A stretch of 64,000 nt of DNA from positions 20,542 to 84,541 of the forward strand of contig JBAYHK010000004.1 of assembly GCA_041666145.1 (NCBI GenBank). Reading direction: 5' to 3'. Under the pieces are notes generated by a model. It did no database searches and was not told where the DNA came from. It saw nothing but the letters and a program-made list of their open reading frames with translations. Positions 59,611-64,000 of the stretch are shown piece by piece. Each line of letters begins with the position of its first letter. The stretch's first letter is position 1. Source of the stretch: Patescibacteria group bacterium (GTDB lineage Bacteria; Patescibacteriota; Patescibacteriia; UBA9934). Both the position numbers and the translations under genes were made by a program.

Positions 59611-59644
59611 AAAAATGTAAATGAAAATTTGAAAAAAAGCAAGC

Positions 59645-60571
59645 CTACGCCGTTTGTGATTCTAGCCAACGCTCGGCATCAAGTGCTGCCATAGAGCCAG
59701 TTCCTGCAGCAACGATTGCTTGGCGATAGACGTGGTCTGCAACGTCACCACAAGCAAAAACACCGGGAATATTCGTTGCAGTAGACCCTGGAATAGTAAC
59801 GATATAGCCTTTTTGATCGAGATCGATGAAGCCTTTAAAAACATCCGTATTCGGCTTATGACCAATGGCGATAAAAATGCCATTGCACGAAATGACTGTT
59901 TCTTCATTTGTGACGACATTTCGTGTTCGAATGCCAGTAACATGATCATCGCCGATTACTTCTTCGATGACCGTATTAAACGCAAATTCAATCTTTGGAT
60001 CATTCTTGGCCTTTTCAATCATTGCCTTTGACGCTCGAAACTCTTCGCGACGATGAACGACAGTTACCTTATTCGCGAAACGAGTCAAAAACGTCGCTTC
60101 TTCCATTGCGGTATCTCCCCCACCAGCAACAACGATGTCTTTTCCTCGAAAGAAAAATCCATCACACGTCGCACAAGCAGAAACACCCTTTCCTTGTAAA
60201 CGCTCTTCACCTGGCACACCAAGCCACATTGCTGAAGCACCAGTTGCAATAATTACTGCTTTCGCCTCGATCGTCCGCGTTGCAGTCTTTATAGTGAACG
60301 GCGACGATCCTGAAATTTCCGTCACCATTTCTTCGATGATTTCCGTTCCAAACTTCAGCGCCTGCTTTTTCATGTTCTCCATGAGCTCGCCGCCAAGAAT
60401 GCCGTCTGGTTCTCCGGGCCAATTCTCAACGTCTGAAGTGAGCGTGAGCTGACCGCCAATCTGCAATCCAGAAATCATTACCGGCGAAAGGCTTGCGCGA
60501 GCTGCATAAATTGCCGCAGTATAACCAGCCGGACCAGAACCAATAATCACCACGTTTTTGAGCTCATTCAT
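59645..60571 (-). CDS. trxB: Thioredoxin reductase
   Basis: GSGPAGYTAA, CATCDG, YRQAIVAAG. Confidence 0.97.
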   Translation of the reverse strand: MNELKNVVIIGSGPAGYTAAIYAARASLSPVMISGLQIGGQLTLTSDVENWPGEPDGILGGELMENMKKQALKFGTEIIEEMVTEISGSSPFTIKTATRTIEAKAVIIATGASAMWLGVPGEERLQGKGVSACATCDGFFFRGKDIVVAGGGDTAMEEATFLTRFANKVTVVHRREEFRASKAMIEKAKNDPKIEFAFNTVIEEVIGDDHVTGIRTRNVVTNEETVISCNGIFIAIGHKPNTDVFKGFIDLDQKGYIVTIPGSTATNIPGVFACGDVADHVYRQAIVAAGTGSMAALDAERWLESQTA

Positions 60572-60601
60572 AAGTCCTATAGGTCCTATAAGACCTATGA
60601 G
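60568..60601. repeat. Nonamer repeat in trxA-trxB spacer
   Basis: TC ATAAGTCCT ATAGGTCCT ATAAGACCT ATGAG. Confidence 0.8.
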
Positions 60602-60913
60602 TTACACGTGCCTCGCCACGCGTTCTGCGAGAACTTCCTTCGTCATTGCGCCAGCAAACTGCTCAACCACTCCCCCACCTTTCATAACCATAAATGTTGG
60701 AATGGAAAGAACGTTGAATCGCTGCGCCAAGTCTGGAGCCTCATCAACGTTCACCTTTACAACAAGTATCTCTGAATGCTCATTGGCATACGCTTCAAGT
60801 ACTGGAGCCATCGTTTTGCATGGCCCGCACCACGGAGCCCAAAAGTCGATCAAAACTGGTGAAGACGACTGCAAAACAACAGAGTCAAACGTTGCGGAAT
60901 TCAATTCTTGCAT
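60602..60913 (-). CDS. trxA: Thioredoxin
   Basis: FWAPWCGPCK. Confidence 0.97.
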   Translation of the reverse strand: MQELNSATFDSVVLQSSSPVLIDFWAPWCGPCKTMAPVLEAYANEHSEILVVKVNVDEAPDLAQRFNVLSIPTFMVMKGGGVVEQFAGAMTKEVLAERVARHV

Positions 60914-60918
60914 AAATA

Positions 60919-62952
60919 TTATTTTGCTCCCTCGACGCTAAGCGTTCGAGCATGCATTTCTTCTGTGTAGGCTTCAAGAATATCGCCAATTTCAATTTTT
61001 GTCTTTCCAATAAATGACAGTCCACAATCTTGCCCGGCAAGCACATCCTTTACGGCAGACTTTCCACTTTGCAACGCCTCAATCTTTCCTTCACCCATAA
61101 CTTGCCCACCACGCAACACACGAATCGTTGCACCTGGAACAAGCTTTCCCTTCTTTACCTTCGCGCCAATAATGTGTCCCTTATCTGTTTTCTTAAACAC
61201 AGCAAGGACTTCCGCAGTTCCAAGATCGGTATAAATCTTTTCCGATGGAATCAATTTCTTTAACCGTTCTACTGTGTTTTCAAAAAGTTTATAGATCACC
61301 GAATACTCTTCAACTGCAACATGCTTGTCTCGAGCCAATTCGTGCGCTGCTGGCGTTGGCTTCACATTAAACGCGAGAATGATTGCTTGCGACGCCTCTG
61401 CACGCAGCACTTCTGCATCTGTAACATTTCCAAGACCTTTCCCAACAATCGCCAAGCCAACATATGGATTGTCGATTTTTTCCAACATACCAATAATCGC
61501 CTCAAGTGAACCGAGCACGTCGGCTTTTACTACAACGTTCAGCACCGCCTTGTCTCCAACCTCCTTCGCCTCATCTTCAGTCTGCCCTGTTGCCTTTACT
61601 GTTACCTGCCCAACCGCAGTTTTCTTTGTTGGCTGTGACTTTAATGTTTCCAAAGCATGCACATCGTCTGGAACCTCTAAAATGTCACCCACCGATGGCG
61701 CTTCTTTAAAACCAAGAATAACCACTGGCGTTGAAGGCGCCGCCTCTTTAATACTTTTTCCGTCAAAAGACTTCAGCGCTCGAACACGTCCGTACATAAC
61801 ACCACGAACAGACAAGACGTCTTGCGCATGAAGCGTTCCAGTCTGAACAATAATCGTCGCGACTGGTCCTTGGCCCTTGTCGACGTGTGATTCGATAATC
61901 GTTCCAACCGCATGACGATTTGGCGTTGCGACAATGTGTTCTTTCTCCATGTCTGCGACCAAGAGAACCATGTCAAGCAACTGGTCGATATTCTCACCAG
62001 TCTTTGCAGAAACTGGAACACAAATGGTCTTTCCTCCCCAATCTTCTGGAGTCAAACCGAGTTCGCCAAGCTGACTCTTTACAAGCTCAATGTTCGCGCC
62101 AGGCTTGTCCATCTTGTTCATCGCCACCACAAACGGAAGTTTTGCCGCCTTAATAATGTCGATCGCTTCTCGCGTTTGCGGGCGCATGCCGTCGTCTGCC
62201 GCAATCACCAAAATCGCAACGTCTGCCACCTTTGCACCCCTAGAGCGCATCACCGTAAAAGCTTCATGGCCAGGAGTATCAATAAACGTCAAAAGCTTTC
62301 CATTTTTTGAAACTTGATACGCACCAATATGCTGAGTAATTCCGCCAGCTTCAGTATCAATCACGCGTGTTTTCCGGATTGTATCCAAAATAAGCGTCTT
62401 GCCATGGTCGACGTGGCCCATGACCACAATAACCGGAGGACGAGGCGCCTGATTCTCCGCATGTTTTGCATCTTCCTCTTTTACTTCTGCCATTCTGTCT
62501 GCCGCATGCAAGTCGATTGCTTCGTCTAAGGTTCCTTCAAGCTCTGCAATAAATCCAAGGTCTTCCGCAACAATCATTGCAGTTTCAAAGTCGATTCGCT
62601 CATTCAATGACGCCAAAATTCCTGCCTTCATGAGCTCTTGCATGACTTTCGCGACCGGCATGTTGAGCGTCGTCGCAAATTCACGAACAGAAAGTGTTTG
62701 CGGAATAAAAACGTGTGGAGCGTCGCCAGACTTCACTTTCTCCTTTAAAAGAAGCTGCGCTTTCTGCGTCTCCATTTTCTGCTGGAGATACTGACGCTTC
62801 TTGTACTCCTGCCATGCATTCATGATTCTGCCAGCGTCTCGATCTGGAATTTTGATGGCCTTTCCGCCAATGTCAAAACCGAGCTCTGGCAGCTTTGAGC
62901 GCAATTCTTCGGTGGAAACCCGCAAACGGCGGGCAAGTTCTGAGATGTTCAT
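60919..62952 (-). CDS. infB: Translation initiation factor IF-2
   Basis: [46 protein letters not shown]. Confidence 0.97.
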   Translation of the reverse strand: MNISELARRLRVSTEELRSKLPELGFDIGGKAIKIPDRDAGRIMNAWQEYKKRQYLQQKMETQKAQLLLKEKVKSGDAPHVFIPQTLSVREFATTLNMPVAKVMQELMKAGILASLNERIDFETAMIVAEDLGFIAELEGTLDEAIDLHAADRMAEVKEEDAKHAENQAPRPPVIVVMGHVDHGKTLILDTIRKTRVIDTEAGGITQHIGAYQVSKNGKLLTFIDTPGHEAFTVMRSRGAKVADVAILVIAADDGMRPQTREAIDIIKAAKLPFVVAMNKMDKPGANIELVKSQLGELGLTPEDWGGKTICVPVSAKTGENIDQLLDMVLLVADMEKEHIVATPNRHAVGTIIESHVDKGQGPVATIIVQTGTLHAQDVLSVRGVMYGRVRALKSFDGKSIKEAAPSTPVVILGFKEAPSVGDILEVPDDVHALETLKSQPTKKTAVGQVTVKATGQTEDEAKEVGDKAVLNVVVKADVLGSLEAIIGMLEKIDNPYVGLAIVGKGLGNVTDAEVLRAEASQAIILAFNVKPTPAAHELARDKHVAVEEYSVIYKLFENTVERLKKLIPSEKIYTDLGTAEVLAVFKKTDKGHIIGAKVKKGKLVPGATIRVLRGGQVMGEGKIEALQSGKSAVKDVLAGQDCGLSFIGKTKIEIGDILEAYTEEMHARTLSVEGAK

Positions 62953-63056
62953 GGCGAAGAGTGTAGCGGAGAAGAGGCTTCTGAGCAAGGAGAAAACCTC
63001 CCGAAACAAAAAGGCCCGAACCGTTGTCCGAGCCTAGCGCAGTCCCCACTCAAACC

Positions 63057-63776
63057 TCACAGCTCGTCTTCCTTCCAAACCGTCGGCATGACGGCGCCGT
63101 TAGTATTGGCGTCCGTATAACGGCCAGTGAGATGCAATTCTCCGCTACTATGACCCGTACAATTTGAACCTTGAATCTCGGGCACTGCTTGCGCGCCATC
63201 CAAGCAAGCTGTCATGAGAAGCCCACCAACGCAAACAAATGGAGTGCCTTGATGGACGGAGCCCATGTCTCTCACCCAACAAGGGTTCTGAACGGCGCCA
63301 CAGAGCACACCGATGCCAGCAAGCCGACCCGCCTGTTCGCGTTGCATGTCAGCAATGAGCTGTTTACTCGAACGATTCGCTCCGAAATCGATAACCTCAA
63401 GCCTTATCGTGTTTTTCGGAATCGAATCTGCACCAGGAATCAGCTCAATGCCACACCTTGCTTGCGCAACTGCTTCGAAAACCACCCACTGACTATAGCT
63501 TCCTTTGGCCCACATCCTGTCCATGAGAGCCCGTACTGAAAAGAACGAAGTAAAGAGATCTTCCAGATAAACCGCGAACACAGCGTCGAGAAAACGGTTC
63601 TCGCGAACCTTTCTCTCATACTCATCGATCAACCCGATTCTCCTTGCTCGTTCAATCTCCGCCTCGACCACCGCACGATCGATTCCCCAGAGACTGACAA
63701 GTTGCTCGGCCTTCTTTTCCCAAGGTGTGAAGATGCCGTGAACAAGACCGTTGTTGCGAGTGACAGAAATAGACAT
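63057..63776 (-). CDS. ORFan hypothetical protein (SD-led cassette)
   Basis: GGAGG SD; TTGACC-17-TACATT promoter at 63851-63879; terminator at ~63005-63035. Confidence 0.7.
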   Translation of the reverse strand: MSISVTRNNGLVHGIFTPWEKKAEQLVSLWGIDRAVVEAEIERARRIGLIDEYERKVRENRFLDAVFAVYLEDLFTSFFSVRALMDRMWAKGSYSQWVVFEAVAQARCGIELIPGADSIPKNTIRLEVIDFGANRSSKQLIADMQREQAGRLAGIGVLCGAVQNPCWVRDMGSVHQGTPFVCVGGLLMTACLDGAQAVPEIQGSNCTGHSSGELHLTGRYTDANTNGAVMPTVWKEDEL

Positions 63777-64000
63777 CGAATCCTCCGCCCTCAATAAAAA
63801 CTGTTTGCTCTTTATTGAACACAACGAATTGCGTGTTCAATACAGCGGCAAATGTAAAGAAAACCAACACACAGGTCAACAAAGAAAGCGCATCCGCTTG
63901 ACAAAGGCCTCTCTCTTTTGCAAAATTGCAAAGCCTCGTCCACCATGCATAAGCACTCATCATGAGGAGCCGTACCTAGATGAGCGCGATCGTGCATTAG

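Noticed and set aside
63812-64000. Short ORFs and a plus-strand TTGACA promoter at the right edge
   Set aside because: ORFs overlap the divergent promoter region; context truncated by the window end

Overview
64 kb of bacterial chromosome, most likely Patescibacteria/CPR (Parcubacteria/ABY1, Uhrbacteria-like). This is inferred from the missing rpmD (uL30), giant pilin-fused surface proteins and SD-less housekeeping starts; the code is standard code 11. The backbone is mostly minus-strand housekeeping genes: str-S10-spc ribosomal cluster, secY-adk-map, four aaRSs, infB, hflX, der, pth, scpAB, recO, rarA, comEC, murA, trxAB, three canonical tRNAs. Main observations: (1) two translation-initiation classes. 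Housekeeping genes lack a Shine-Dalgarno, while rpsU (bS21) and seven isolated ORFan cassettes carry one; each cassette also has its own sigma70-type promoter and terminator. (2) An independently transcribed tRNA-like gene with Ala identity (G3.U70, A73) but a UGA anticodon, convergent with a sigma4-alphaCTD fusion ORFan. (3) An Asn T-box with an ultrashort Stem I upstream of asnS-aspS. (4) A Nudix domain inserted in LeuRS. (5) A family of ~125-bp covarying hairpins that always abut stable-RNA genes. (6) Several orphan structured RNA candidates and small palindromic repeats, one inserted in-frame in comEC. All calls were made by eye; no searches were run.
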